This document shows, piece after piece, positions 26,478 through 35,305 of a stretch of DNA of 45,404 nucleotides; positions within the stretch are counted from its first letter, which is position 1, and each line of letters begins with the position of its first letter. The stretch is from Chloroflexota bacterium. GTDB lineage: Bacteria; Chloroflexota; Anaerolineae; 4572-78. The translations under genes were made by a program, and so were the position numbers. The notes below the pieces were generated by a model. The model was not told the origin of the DNA. It did no database searches and saw only the letters and a program-made list of their open reading frames with translations. The DNA lies in assembly GCA_024278015.1 (NCBI GenBank), contig JAJRUC010000320.1, positions 1 to 45,404 on the forward strand. The letters run 5' to 3'.

Positions 26478-27866
26478 TTAACGCGCATAGGCGTGGCACT
26501 GGTGGCAATACCGTGATTCCTGTTCGGCGACAGTTTGTTGGCAGCCAGACCCCATTACCGGATTGACCGGATACGTTTTGCCGGTAACTTTGCTGGTTAA
26601 AATTAAGCGCCCGTCAACCTGCTTGGTATTGCCCATCAACTCGCCCCGTTCGGTGATGATAACCTGGTCGCCGATATTCAAAGTGTAATTGGGGTTTATT
26701 TGCGCCTGGCGCAGCGCCGTTTGGTGTTGGGCCGATACGGTAACGACGGTGGGTAACTCTTCCAGGGTGCCGTGGCAGGTGTGGCATTGGGTGTATTGCA
26801 TTTCCTGTTGCTTGGGGTGAATATCGCCGTCGCCCATAATTTCGGCGGACGTGTGGCACTCAATGCAGTCGAGTTCCCATTCGCATAGCGTAAATTCGCC
26901 GATGGGCTGGTAATATTCGCGCAGGCGGCGGCCTTCGGCGGGCATTTGGGCAGAGATGGGCGCGCCCGCCGGAGGGAGGTCATCTCTCAGCAGAAAATCC
27001 ATCTGCCGCAGCGAATAATTGCCCCGGTTGTGGCAGTGGTTGCATTGGTAAAACGGAATGGCAGCGGTCAGTTCGTGGCGGCGCATATGGCCCGGCTCGT
27101 CGGGGGGAATGGTGGGGTCGCTGCCTTGATACAGGCCATCGTTTTGATAAATTACGTGGCAGGCGGCGCAACCCGTAGAGCGATAAAAGTACGGTTCGGC
27201 GCGGGGTGCGGCAGAAAGATGGCAGCCCGCATCCAGACAATTTTCGGCAAATTTTTGGTCGATGGGGTGGCCGGATTGCGCGGGAAATGCTGTCAGTTCA
27301 GCCAACCCTGCCGCTGTGGCGGGGTGGTCATCGGTGATGCCGTACACGCCGTAGAGGGGCGTTTCGGTGGATTGCGCCCCAAAAGAGAAGCGCACCTGGG
27401 CAATGCCCCCGGCGTAGGTTCCCTGCAAACTGCGCAAAACGCCATCGACGTGATTTTTACCTTCATCGGCAAATCCGTTGTGGCAATTGAGGCCGCAACT
27501 TTCCTGGGCCACCAGCAAGTCGCCGGGGTTTTTGCCCCCCCGCAACCCGGTGTGCGCCTGGTCTGCCTTAAGCGAAAGCCCATTTCCGCCGTGGCAACTG
27601 ATGCAGCCAAACGCCTCTACCGGATGCGAAGGGCTGATTTCCGCCAGCCCCATGTGGCACGACAGGCACAATTCCGGCTGGCCCGTCAGTTGCGGCACAA
27701 CCTGCCGCACCCGAATATCAGCGGGCTGTTGAGTGCGCTTAAAATACATGCGCTGGTATTGCTGCCAGGGTTGATTTTGCGTTTGCTGAAAAACAAGGAT
27801 GACGGCGGCAATTAACAATAGTATGCTGCTGACGAAGAGCGCCACGCGCCGATTAGTGGTGAACAC
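26478..27866 (-). CDS. membrane-anchored multiheme c-type cytochrome (up to 9 hemes)
   Basis: N-terminal TM segment. Seven CxxCH motifs (CLSCH, CISCH, CAACH, CNHCH, CIECH, CHTCH, CHQCH) plus CGLNCH (Cx3CH) and CLDAGCH (Cx4CH). GTG start. Confidence 0.85.
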   Translation of the reverse strand: MFTTNRRVALFVSSILLLIAAVILVFQQTQNQPWQQYQRMYFKRTQQPADIRVRQVVPQLTGQPELCLSCHMGLAEISPSHPVEAFGCISCHGGNGLSLKADQAHTGLRGGKNPGDLLVAQESCGLNCHNGFADEGKNHVDGVLRSLQGTYAGGIAQVRFSFGAQSTETPLYGVYGITDDHPATAAGLAELTAFPAQSGHPIDQKFAENCLDAGCHLSAAPRAEPYFYRSTGCAACHVIYQNDGLYQGSDPTIPPDEPGHMRRHELTAAIPFYQCNHCHNRGNYSLRQMDFLLRDDLPPAGAPISAQMPAEGRRLREYYQPIGEFTLCEWELDCIECHTSAEIMGDGDIHPKQQEMQYTQCHTCHGTLEELPTVVTVSAQHQTALRQAQINPNYTLNIGDQVIITERGELMGNTKQVDGRLILTSKVTGKTYPVNPVMGSGCQQTVAEQESRYCHQCHAYAR

Positions 27867-27954
27867 AGGTTAAAAAGAAAATCCTTTCGTTGGTGTGAGG
27901 CGTGAAGACGTGAAACGTGACAAAATCATGCCTCACGCCTCACGTTTTCATGCC

Positions 27955-29031
27955 TCACCGCGCCGCCGCAATGAGGGTCAGAACCACGACCACAAGCGTC
28001 AACCCGGCAAAAATGACTTGCGGCTGCCAGCGTATTCGGGCGAACCACTCGCCCCGGCCCGGCCCGCGCCGGTCGAACAGGGGAATGAGAGCCAGCAGCG
28101 CCAACCCCGCCAGTGGAATGAGCCAACCGGCCCACAGCGGAGACAGGTAGCGCAGCATTTCTTGAATAGCTAAAAAGAACCACGGCGCTTTGGTTTCGCT
28201 GGCCCCGGCGGTTTCTAAATTGGCGATTGCGCCCAAAACGGGCGGGGCCAGCGCCGAAAGGATAATCAGCGCGGCAGTGGCCGCAATGGCGGTGATGGTT
28301 TCCCTGAAGAAGAGCGTCTTGCGGGTAATGAAGGTTCGGGGGCGGGCGCGGGTTGGCGCAGGGTGCGAGATACCGCCATCTACCCGAATACGCCAGATGT
28401 GATACCCCACCGCGCCAATGCCCGGCAACGTTAACCCCATAATGTGCCAGGCGTAAAATCGAAGCAACGCGCTGTTACCCAGGGCGGTATCGCCTACAAT
28501 CAGCCGGTACAATCCCTCTCCAATGCCTGGAATTTCTTTGAGCAGATTGGTGCCAACCAGCAACGCCCAAATACTGCCTTCGTCCCAGCGCAGGGTGTAG
28601 CCGGTAAAATCCCACAGCAGCACAATCACAAACAGCCCCACCCCAATCAGCCAGTTGAAGTCTCTGGGGGAGCGATAGCCGCCGGTAAAAACCACCCGCG
28701 CCATGTGCAGCGCGGCGAAAACGACCATCAATTGGGCCGCCCAGTAGTGTAGCGAGCGCACAAAGCCGCCAAAAGCAACCACGCTATCGATGAGGGCCAG
28801 GCTGGGATAGGCTTGTTCTACGGTGGGAACGTAGTAGAAGGTCAGCAAAATGCCGGTCACAATGGTGATGATGGTAGCTAAAACGGCCAACCCGCCCAGC
28901 CCGAAAGTGTAGGTGAGCCGCGCTCCGGCGGCGGGAATTTGGGGCGGGTGCAAGTTGTAGATGAAACTTTTGTTTTTGCGCCAGAGGCGAATACCGAACC
29001 GGCGGCGTGGGGGGGGCGTTATTTGAATCAT
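27955..29031 (-). CDS. cytochrome b (fused b6 / subunit-IV type) of a Rieske/cytochrome b complex
   Basis: RSLHYWAAQLMVVFAALHMARV (bis-His helix B), FNWLIGV, and the C-terminal APWFFLAIQEMLRY (PEWY-like) motif. Confidence 0.9.
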   Translation of the reverse strand: MIQITPPPRRRFGIRLWRKNKSFIYNLHPPQIPAAGARLTYTFGLGGLAVLATIITIVTGILLTFYYVPTVEQAYPSLALIDSVVAFGGFVRSLHYWAAQLMVVFAALHMARVVFTGGYRSPRDFNWLIGVGLFVIVLLWDFTGYTLRWDEGSIWALLVGTNLLKEIPGIGEGLYRLIVGDTALGNSALLRFYAWHIMGLTLPGIGAVGYHIWRIRVDGGISHPAPTRARPRTFITRKTLFFRETITAIAATAALIILSALAPPVLGAIANLETAGASETKAPWFFLAIQEMLRYLSPLWAGWLIPLAGLALLALIPLFDRRGPGRGEWFARIRWQPQVIFAGLTLVVVVLTLIAAAR

Positions 29032-29079
29032 ATCGCCCCCGATTTTATCACAGACGAGCCGCGCTCACAAAATAGTGTG

Positions 29080-29970
29080 TCAGCCGGTTGACCGCCCATT
29101 GGTGGCAATCAACGCCTCTGCCGCCGAAACCGGGCCGGACCACGGGCCGGGTTTTTCCTGCTTCAGGGTGGTGACGGCCCCGGCCCATTGTGTTGCCTCT
29201 GCCGCCGAAAGGCTGAGCCGTTTGCCCAGATAGGTGGCAAAGCAGGTGTCTCCCCGGCCCGTGCGCCCGGCCAGCGCGCGCGGCGTGAAGGATGCCTGAT
29301 AGATTTCTCCGGCGGCGCAAACCGTCACCCCCGCCGATTGGGTGACGACAACTTCACGCGGGCCGTATTCGGCCAGGCGACGGGCGGCGGCGGTCAGGTC
29401 GGTCAGGCCGGTCAGCAATTCGGCTTCGGCCCGGTCAACCTTCAACCAGGTAACGTGCTTCAGCCCTTTTTCCATTTCCGGCCACTGTTTGAAGACCAGC
29501 GCGCCGTTTTCCCGCACCCGCACAAAGCCCTGAATATCCAACGCCACCGGGCCGCGCTCTGCCAGCAATTTAAGCAAGGGCAGGTCAACTTCCCCGGCAA
29601 TGATGGGGGTGACGGCGACAATGCGGGCCGGCGCGTCCGGAATGTCGGCGGCTTGAAACGGCCCGGCAAAATCGAGCAGTTTGCAAGTGCGACGTTCCAT
29701 ATCGGTTGAGCGATAAATATTTTCAATGCCGGATGTGGCCGGGGCGGCGGCGGCAAACATCTGCACGCCCACCGAGGTCAACTCATCCAGCAGGGTAAAA
29801 TCGGCGGGGTGCAGGCGGGTTGCCACCCCCACCTCAAGGCCCAACTGCCGCAGGGCCATGCTGCCGTAATACACTGCCCCGCCGGAAGCGGTTTCGCGTT
29901 GGCCATCGACGACCAGCACGTCTTTGGCAAAGTGACCCACCATCAGCAGGTCGAGTGGTGTGGTGTTCAT
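29080..29970 (-). CDS. PfkB-family carbohydrate/nucleoside kinase
   Basis: ORF 29080..30327. The kinase core starts at MNTTPLDLLMVGHFAKD, and GRGDTCFATYL is the PfkB anion-hole motif. The upstream 119 codons overlap the PHP gene and are Pro/Arg-rich, so the start was moved to ATG 29970. Confidence 0.8.
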   Translation of the reverse strand: MNTTPLDLLMVGHFAKDVLVVDGQRETASGGAVYYGSMALRQLGLEVGVATRLHPADFTLLDELTSVGVQMFAAAAPATSGIENIYRSTDMERRTCKLLDFAGPFQAADIPDAPARIVAVTPIIAGEVDLPLLKLLAERGPVALDIQGFVRVRENGALVFKQWPEMEKGLKHVTWLKVDRAEAELLTGLTDLTAAARRLAEYGPREVVVTQSAGVTVCAAGEIYQASFTPRALAGRTGRGDTCFATYLGKRLSLSAAEATQWAGAVTTLKQEKPGPWSGPVSAAEALIATNGRSTG

Positions 29971-30028
29971 AAAGTTCTCCCGTGATTTTCGTTTCTGATT
30001 TCTGGTTTTTAGCGATTCCGGCAACCAA

Positions 30029-31114
30029 TTACCAATCTCTAATTGCCGCCAGAATATCGCCGCAGGTTTGGACCGCCGGCGTTTTGGCCGGGCCGATGAA
30101 GATGGGGTTGGTGATGGCCAGGATATGGCCGGCGGCGCTGACCACATCCAGCCGAATCCAGCCGGCGTTGCCGGTTGACGGGGGCAGCGTGTATCCGAAG
30201 GCGGCGGGCGTGGCGGCAATGGGCTGGCGGGCGATGGTTTGCCCGTTGTGGATAAGGTGCGCTTCTGCCGGGGCGGGGCCGGCGGAGATGGTTGCTTGCA
30301 GGGTAATTTCGGCATCGGGGCGGGCAATTTCCCCCCCGATGCCGGTGGTTTGCCCCTCGGCGCGGGCCGTCAAATCAACTTCGGCGCCCATACTGACATA
30401 AACCCGATGCTCTTTGACGGCCTTCAGCACCGCCGCCACCGACAGGTTATCGGCGTAGACAAAGGTGGTGGGCCGGTTCAGTTGTTCGGCGGGTTTGTCG
30501 CCCTCCCAGGCGTGGGGCGCGGGGCGATGATAATCGCTGCCGCCCAAGGCGGTTATCCGCCGCCCGGCGTTTAACAGGGCTGTCCACAGGGCCACGGTCT
30601 GCGGATTGACGGTCGCGTTTATCGGGAAACTGGGGTCATTCCAGATTTCCAGGGCGGTGATGTATTGCCATTCGACCTCGTTAAACTGCCAGGCCCAGGG
30701 CGTGAGCAGGGGATGGTTGATGGAGCTGACCAGCCCCTGCGCGGCAATTCGGCGCACCAGGGCATTGATGCCGGTGTGGGGCGCGGGCAGGGTTTCCCAT
30801 TCTTCGTTGCCCAAAAGGCCGGCCATCCAGTCGCACTTGCCGGTCATGCCGAAGACGTTCATGTGGCCCAGGCGGGTGGTCACTTCAAGGCCGGGGATGC
30901 CCAATGCGGCCTCAACGCCGGCCAGTTCGTCAAAGGCGGCGATGGTGTTGTGGTCGGTCACAGCAAAGAAATCCAGCCCGCCGGCCCGCGCCACCTCGGC
31001 CAGACCGGCGGGGGGGTGGTGGCCGTCCCACGAGGCCGTGGTGTGGGCGTGAAAATCGCCCCGGTACCAGCCCGCGTTGGGATTGAACACTTTTGATACG
31101 GATAGCGCAGTCAT
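30029..31114 (-). CDS. PHP-domain (CehA/McbA-like) metal-dependent phosphoesterase
   Basis: GDFHAHTTASWDG, FFAVTDHNT and GLEVTT..GHMNVFG are PHP His/Asp motifs. 361 aa. Confidence 0.75.
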   Translation of the reverse strand: MTALSVSKVFNPNAGWYRGDFHAHTTASWDGHHPPAGLAEVARAGGLDFFAVTDHNTIAAFDELAGVEAALGIPGLEVTTRLGHMNVFGMTGKCDWMAGLLGNEEWETLPAPHTGINALVRRIAAQGLVSSINHPLLTPWAWQFNEVEWQYITALEIWNDPSFPINATVNPQTVALWTALLNAGRRITALGGSDYHRPAPHAWEGDKPAEQLNRPTTFVYADNLSVAAVLKAVKEHRVYVSMGAEVDLTARAEGQTTGIGGEIARPDAEITLQATISAGPAPAEAHLIHNGQTIARQPIAATPAAFGYTLPPSTGNAGWIRLDVVSAAGHILAITNPIFIGPAKTPAVQTCGDILAAIRDW

Positions 31115-31115
31115 A

Positions 31116-31997
31116 TCATCCTCCTGAAATAATCAGGGCGATACCGCCCACAATAGCCAGTGACGCGCTGATACGCAAGCCGCGCGCCGGTTCTTTAAAT
31201 AAAAACGAGCCGACAACAACGCCCAGCACAATGCTGAATTGTCGCAAGGCCACCACATAGCTGGCCTGGACGCTGATTTGGTACGCCCACAAAACAAGCC
31301 AGTACGCCCCAAACATCGCCAGCCCGCCGAAGAGCGGTTGCTTCCAGCTTTGCCACGAATTGTCCCAATTTTGCACCGCTTCCCGGTTGAGGGCCAGCAG
31401 CGTCAGCCAGAAGAACAGGGCGGAAAAAGCAAACTCCAGCACGCCGTAACGGGCCGCCGAAAGCGGGCCGGGCGGAATGAACCAGGCGGCGGCGTGGTCG
31501 ATGATGGTGTAGCCCACCGTGCCCAGGGCCGTGACGATAATCCACACCATGGTGCGGTTGAGGTACGTTGAAAGGCGAAACCGGCGCAGCGATTCAAGCG
31601 GGGTGACAATGCAGCCGGCCAGCACCAGCCCCATGCCCGGCCAGGCCCAGGCGGCGGGGGCGTGCCCCCGAAAAATATCGCTGCCGGCCACGATGAGAAT
31701 CGGCAGCGCCCGCGCAACGGGGTACACCACCGTAAAGTGTCCGTTTTGATAGCCGCGCGTCAGCCCCAAATTGTACACCGCCAGCGACACCCCGGCGCCC
31801 ATTGCATACAGCCACACCCGCAGCGGAAACGGCGTACCAAAAAATTCGGCAAACAAAACCGGGCCGATGCCCGGAATCACAATGACCAGGGTGATGCGCA
31901 ACAACATATCGCCGGCGCGCCGGGCTTTAACCAGTAAATTCCAGCTTGCGTGCAAAAATGTTGAGGCAATAATCAGGATGACGGCGGTTGTCGGCAT
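31116..31997 (-). CDS. EamA/DMT-family transporter
   Basis: About 10 TM segments with a two-EamA-repeat architecture. Start set at ATG 31997, because the longer ORF overlaps the upstream gene. Confidence 0.8.
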   Translation of the reverse strand: MPTTAVILIIASTFLHASWNLLVKARRAGDMLLRITLVIVIPGIGPVLFAEFFGTPFPLRVWLYAMGAGVSLAVYNLGLTRGYQNGHFTVVYPVARALPILIVAGSDIFRGHAPAAWAWPGMGLVLAGCIVTPLESLRRFRLSTYLNRTMVWIIVTALGTVGYTIIDHAAAWFIPPGPLSAARYGVLEFAFSALFFWLTLLALNREAVQNWDNSWQSWKQPLFGGLAMFGAYWLVLWAYQISVQASYVVALRQFSIVLGVVVGSFLFKEPARGLRISASLAIVGGIALIISGG

Positions 31998-32026
31998 AGT
32001 AATTTCCTGAAACGGGCGAACCGGAT

Positions 32027-33460
32027 TTAAAGAAGCCTGTCCGGGGCGTTGCTGCAAATGCCATCGACGCCAAGTTGACGCAAGGCCGCAATTTCGGCGG
32101 GGCGCTCCTCGTGCCAGGTAATCAGGCCCAGCCCGGCCTGACGGATGCGCTTTAGCCAGGCCGGCGTTAACAGGGTATGCGGTTCAGCGGCCCGGTTTTC
32201 CCAGGCAGGATGGACATAGGTGGCGTTTACTGACCTGGCCAGGCTCACGGCATCGATGTTGACGGAACCAAACAGCACGCTGGTGACGAGATGGGGGTCA
32301 AGCGCTTTGATGTCTGCCAGCCAATCGGGGCGAAATGAAGAGACGATGGTGAGTTGGTGAAACTGGTGTTTTTTGAGCAACCTGACTACATTGCGTATTA
32401 CGGAACTGCTCTTTAGTTCCAGATACAGGCCAATCTCATGCGTTTTGCAAGCGATAATGGCCTCTTCCAAAGTGGGGATGGATTCGCCGTTTCCGGCGTC
32501 CAGGGCCTTCAACTCAACCAGGGTGCGTTCCGAGACCGGCCCGGCGCCATTGGTGGCGCGTTCCAAACAGTCATCGTGGATGATGACCGGCGCGCCGTCG
32601 GCGCTGGAGCGCACATCCAGTTCAACCATATCAGTTTTAAGCGCGGCGGCTTTTTCGATGGCCGCCAGGGTGTTTTCCGGGGCGTAATGAGAGGCTCCCC
32701 GATGAGCAATGCGCAGAAAACGACGTTGGTTGGGTGGGATGGCGCGCGCCAATTCAGCCACCCACCAGGCCACCCGCCCCGGTATCCACTGGAACAGCGC
32801 CGGCCAGGGGACCAGAATTTCCGGGGAAACCTGAAAAATCCGGCTGAACGTCATGCCGGGCACAAAGGCATAACGCGCCAGATAGGTATGAACCAGGCGA
32901 TCTGCCAACGGCGTTTTGGCGTTAATAAGGGTTTCAAACAGGGGCGTAATCCACACCCCCCCGATGCCCGCTTGCCGGGTGCAGTGGCGGCGGGTTTTTG
33001 GGGCGCGATTTATGAGCCAGTCTTTGCCGGGAGCAAAGGCATGCTTACCCGGTTCGGAAAACAGGCGCACGTGGCGGCCCTTAAGGGGTACGACGCCGTC
33101 TAAGGCCATTGAATGGTAGCCGCCATGCCAACTTGCTTCAGCATGGCTAACATCGCCTGCGGCGTTGACAAACACCCACACGTGTTCCAGCTCATACAGA
33201 TGTTGAATATCCCAATCCCACCAGATAGCGTATTCAATGACGAAGGCGGCCTCTCCCGGTTCAATTTGCCGGGGGAAGGACGGCGACGGCGCGTTGGCCC
33301 GGAAGATGGTGTACCCCACCACCGAAGGGAGAAACGGCTCGTGGGTATCGAATTTGATGAGGGGCGCGTATTGCGCCGCTAACTGCCAATCGGTTTCTGA
33401 AGGATGGTCGGCGTTTTGGAGTAAATGCTCTGCGCTGTGCGGATTGGACATTGGCTTCAT
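32027..33460 (-). CDS. glycerophosphodiester phosphodiesterase (GDPD) domain protein with about 240-aa N-terminal domain of unknown function
   Basis: The C-terminal half has RIAHRGASHYAPENTLAA, VELDVR and VIIHDD (GDPD catalytic motifs). The N-terminal YAPLIKFDTHEPFLPSVV resembles Vps62/DUF946-type domains (weak call). Confidence 0.8.
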   Translation of the reverse strand: MKPMSNPHSAEHLLQNADHPSETDWQLAAQYAPLIKFDTHEPFLPSVVGYTIFRANAPSPSFPRQIEPGEAAFVIEYAIWWDWDIQHLYELEHVWVFVNAAGDVSHAEASWHGGYHSMALDGVVPLKGRHVRLFSEPGKHAFAPGKDWLINRAPKTRRHCTRQAGIGGVWITPLFETLINAKTPLADRLVHTYLARYAFVPGMTFSRIFQVSPEILVPWPALFQWIPGRVAWWVAELARAIPPNQRRFLRIAHRGASHYAPENTLAAIEKAAALKTDMVELDVRSSADGAPVIIHDDCLERATNGAGPVSERTLVELKALDAGNGESIPTLEEAIIACKTHEIGLYLELKSSSVIRNVVRLLKKHQFHQLTIVSSFRPDWLADIKALDPHLVTSVLFGSVNIDAVSLARSVNATYVHPAWENRAAEPHTLLTPAWLKRIRQAGLGLITWHEERPAEIAALRQLGVDGICSNAPDRLL

Positions 33461-33536
33461 CCTTTTTGGGATTTGTATCTGATAAAATCGGCTGCGGCGC
33501 GTTGGTCAGGCCGCGAATTGTGACGGGAGGCCATAA

Positions 33537-34832
33537 TCATAAACTTTGCGCCGTCACCTTTCCGTGTGCGGCTACCGTTTCGATAATGGTTTTCACGAGT
33601 TCAAAATCAGATTCCGCATTGATGTCTTCAATGTAAATATCGCCCGGCCAGGCGAGCGTTGAACGCGGATGCCCGTTACGGGCCAGCGCTGCTGAAACGG
33701 TTTTGATTGCCTGCGCGTACTCGGCTGCGGTATCTGCAAGTTCCCGCTGCGCGGCCTTCCGGTCTGTAATACTGTTTCGGTCGATGCGCGTGGCCCCAAT
33801 GCCCAAATAGAGGGCTTTGCCGCGTTGAATTGCCTGATTTACATAGAACGAAACCGGCATTGTATCGGCCTCAAGCTTGATAACAAACTCCGGGCAGACG
33901 CTCAGTTTGAAGTCAATCAGTTCAGCCGGCGATTCTGCGCCCGATTTCGCTCTGTTTGTTTTTTTGCCACGGCGGCTTGCTGCTTTGCGCCGCCCGCCGT
34001 CGTCTGTCTGCGTCGGGCGGTCTCCCCGATAGTTGGACACAAAAACATGATTGCCCCAGGGGAAATTGTTTATCAGCTGCCGGACAGGAGGCGCTGCAAC
34101 TTCCCGACACAGACGCGGGCCAATGAAGAAGGGCGAACCGGAGGCGTCGGAGAGTTCGAGCCAAATATTCGGGAAGCGGTGCGCCAGGTGTTCCAGCCAG
34201 GGAACGAGGACCTGGTCGGTCAGGTGGTTCAGAAATTCAGCGACAAAACCGGGCGCATCAAGCAAAGCCACAATCAACGCTTCCTGCCCCAGAATGTCGG
34301 CGGCGAGGCTGTAGGGGGCCGATAAATGCGCAACCGGATTGAGGCCCGTCAGGTTTGTGAAACAGGCCAAATAATCGTCTATGATTTCGGGAATACCGTT
34401 TTCCATATTCGGCGTATCTATCTTGTGCCGGCTTGTTTGGGGAACCAGCGGTTTGTTCATATCCGGCCCGGGCGCGTGTTTGTCGGGATATATCATCGCT
34501 TGCCCCAGCGCCTCTACACTAAAAGCATAAACCGGCCATCCCAGGGTCAGCTTGCGCACCCCAAGTAAACGCTGGGTCATCAGTGTGGTGCGTACATAGC
34601 GTTGGGCATCGCCTTTATAGAATTCGGCGGAGGTTAAGCCGTAAAGCTGATTCAGTATCGTCAAGGTCAATAGATGAAGGGAGGTTGTTGGGCAAACCGA
34701 ATTCGCCGGAGCCGGTTCTTTAAAATCAGCGTCGCATTGTCCTGTTATGGCTGCATCAAAAAGCGCGCGCAACTTTGCCCGTGCTGCGTCATCGCCGGCT
34801 TGCCATTGAGCAAGCAGAGCGCTATTCATCAT
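33537..34832 (-). CDS. hypothetical protein, possibly URO-D / MtaA-like methyltransferase fold, with basic insertion
   Basis: ORF 33537..34868 (GTG). ATG 34832 is preferred (GGAAG 10 nt upstream). There is loose URO-D-like spacing (..SVEALGQ.., SAPYSLAADILGQEALIVALLDAP) and an insert DDGGRRKAASRRGKKTNRAKS. The fold call is low confidence. Confidence 0.4.
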   Translation of the reverse strand: MMNSALLAQWQAGDDAARAKLRALFDAAITGQCDADFKEPAPANSVCPTTSLHLLTLTILNQLYGLTSAEFYKGDAQRYVRTTLMTQRLLGVRKLTLGWPVYAFSVEALGQAMIYPDKHAPGPDMNKPLVPQTSRHKIDTPNMENGIPEIIDDYLACFTNLTGLNPVAHLSAPYSLAADILGQEALIVALLDAPGFVAEFLNHLTDQVLVPWLEHLAHRFPNIWLELSDASGSPFFIGPRLCREVAAPPVRQLINNFPWGNHVFVSNYRGDRPTQTDDGGRRKAASRRGKKTNRAKSGAESPAELIDFKLSVCPEFVIKLEADTMPVSFYVNQAIQRGKALYLGIGATRIDRNSITDRKAAQRELADTAAEYAQAIKTVSAALARNGHPRSTLAWPGDIYIEDINAESDFELVKTIIETVAAHGKVTAQSL

Positions 34833-34955
34833 AAGTTTAACGCTTCCATTCTGCAAAAAGACCACCACAGTCAGATGTCTTTTTGTATTTTTGCCGGTGC
34901 GACATCACCTGATTCTGCGCTGCAAGCGAGACCAACGGTTGGAATTCATTAAATA

Positions 34956-35203
34956 TCTATCCGTAAAATACTTGTGGCACTCATTGTCAAACAACAAGCC
35001 GATGAAGTTGTAGTTGCTCCCCCCTTAATCCCTGATGAAGAAACCGCTTCGCGCCCTCACAGAGGGGGAAATTCCCTCCCCCTAAAAGGGGGGGGATACC
35101 CGAAGGGCACAGGTGGCCGGGGAGGGGGTAAAAAGCGCGCATCCGGTTGTTTTCAACCTCAACTGGCCTGACCATCACCCGGCGTAATTAATTTACGGAT
35201 AGA
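34956..35203. mobile_element. MITE-like element (248 bp) of the same C/G-tract module family
   Basis: TIR is TCTATCCGTAAA / TTTACGGATAGA. CATTAAA occurs at 34947-34953 (2 nt from the left end) and 35204-35210 (abutting the right end). It shares a 29-mer CCTGATGAAGAAACCGCTTCGCGCCCTCA and a 15-mer GGGGAGGGGGTAAAA with the 41894-42053 element. Confidence 0.5.
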
Positions 35204-35305
35204 CATTAAAATGGTTCCCTGTATCGGAAGATTAGAAGTTGTCGAAGCGCCAATCTCCAATCTTCGGGTTCAAAACTTTGCGGGAACTTGTATTTTCAGG
35301 GGGTC

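Noticed and set aside
29971-30327. 119-codon N-terminal extension of the PfkB kinase ORF
   Set aside because: It overlaps the 3' part of the PHP-domain gene and is Pro/Arg/Ser-rich with no homology signal. The kinase fold begins at the internal ATG 29970, which has a GGGAGA RBS.
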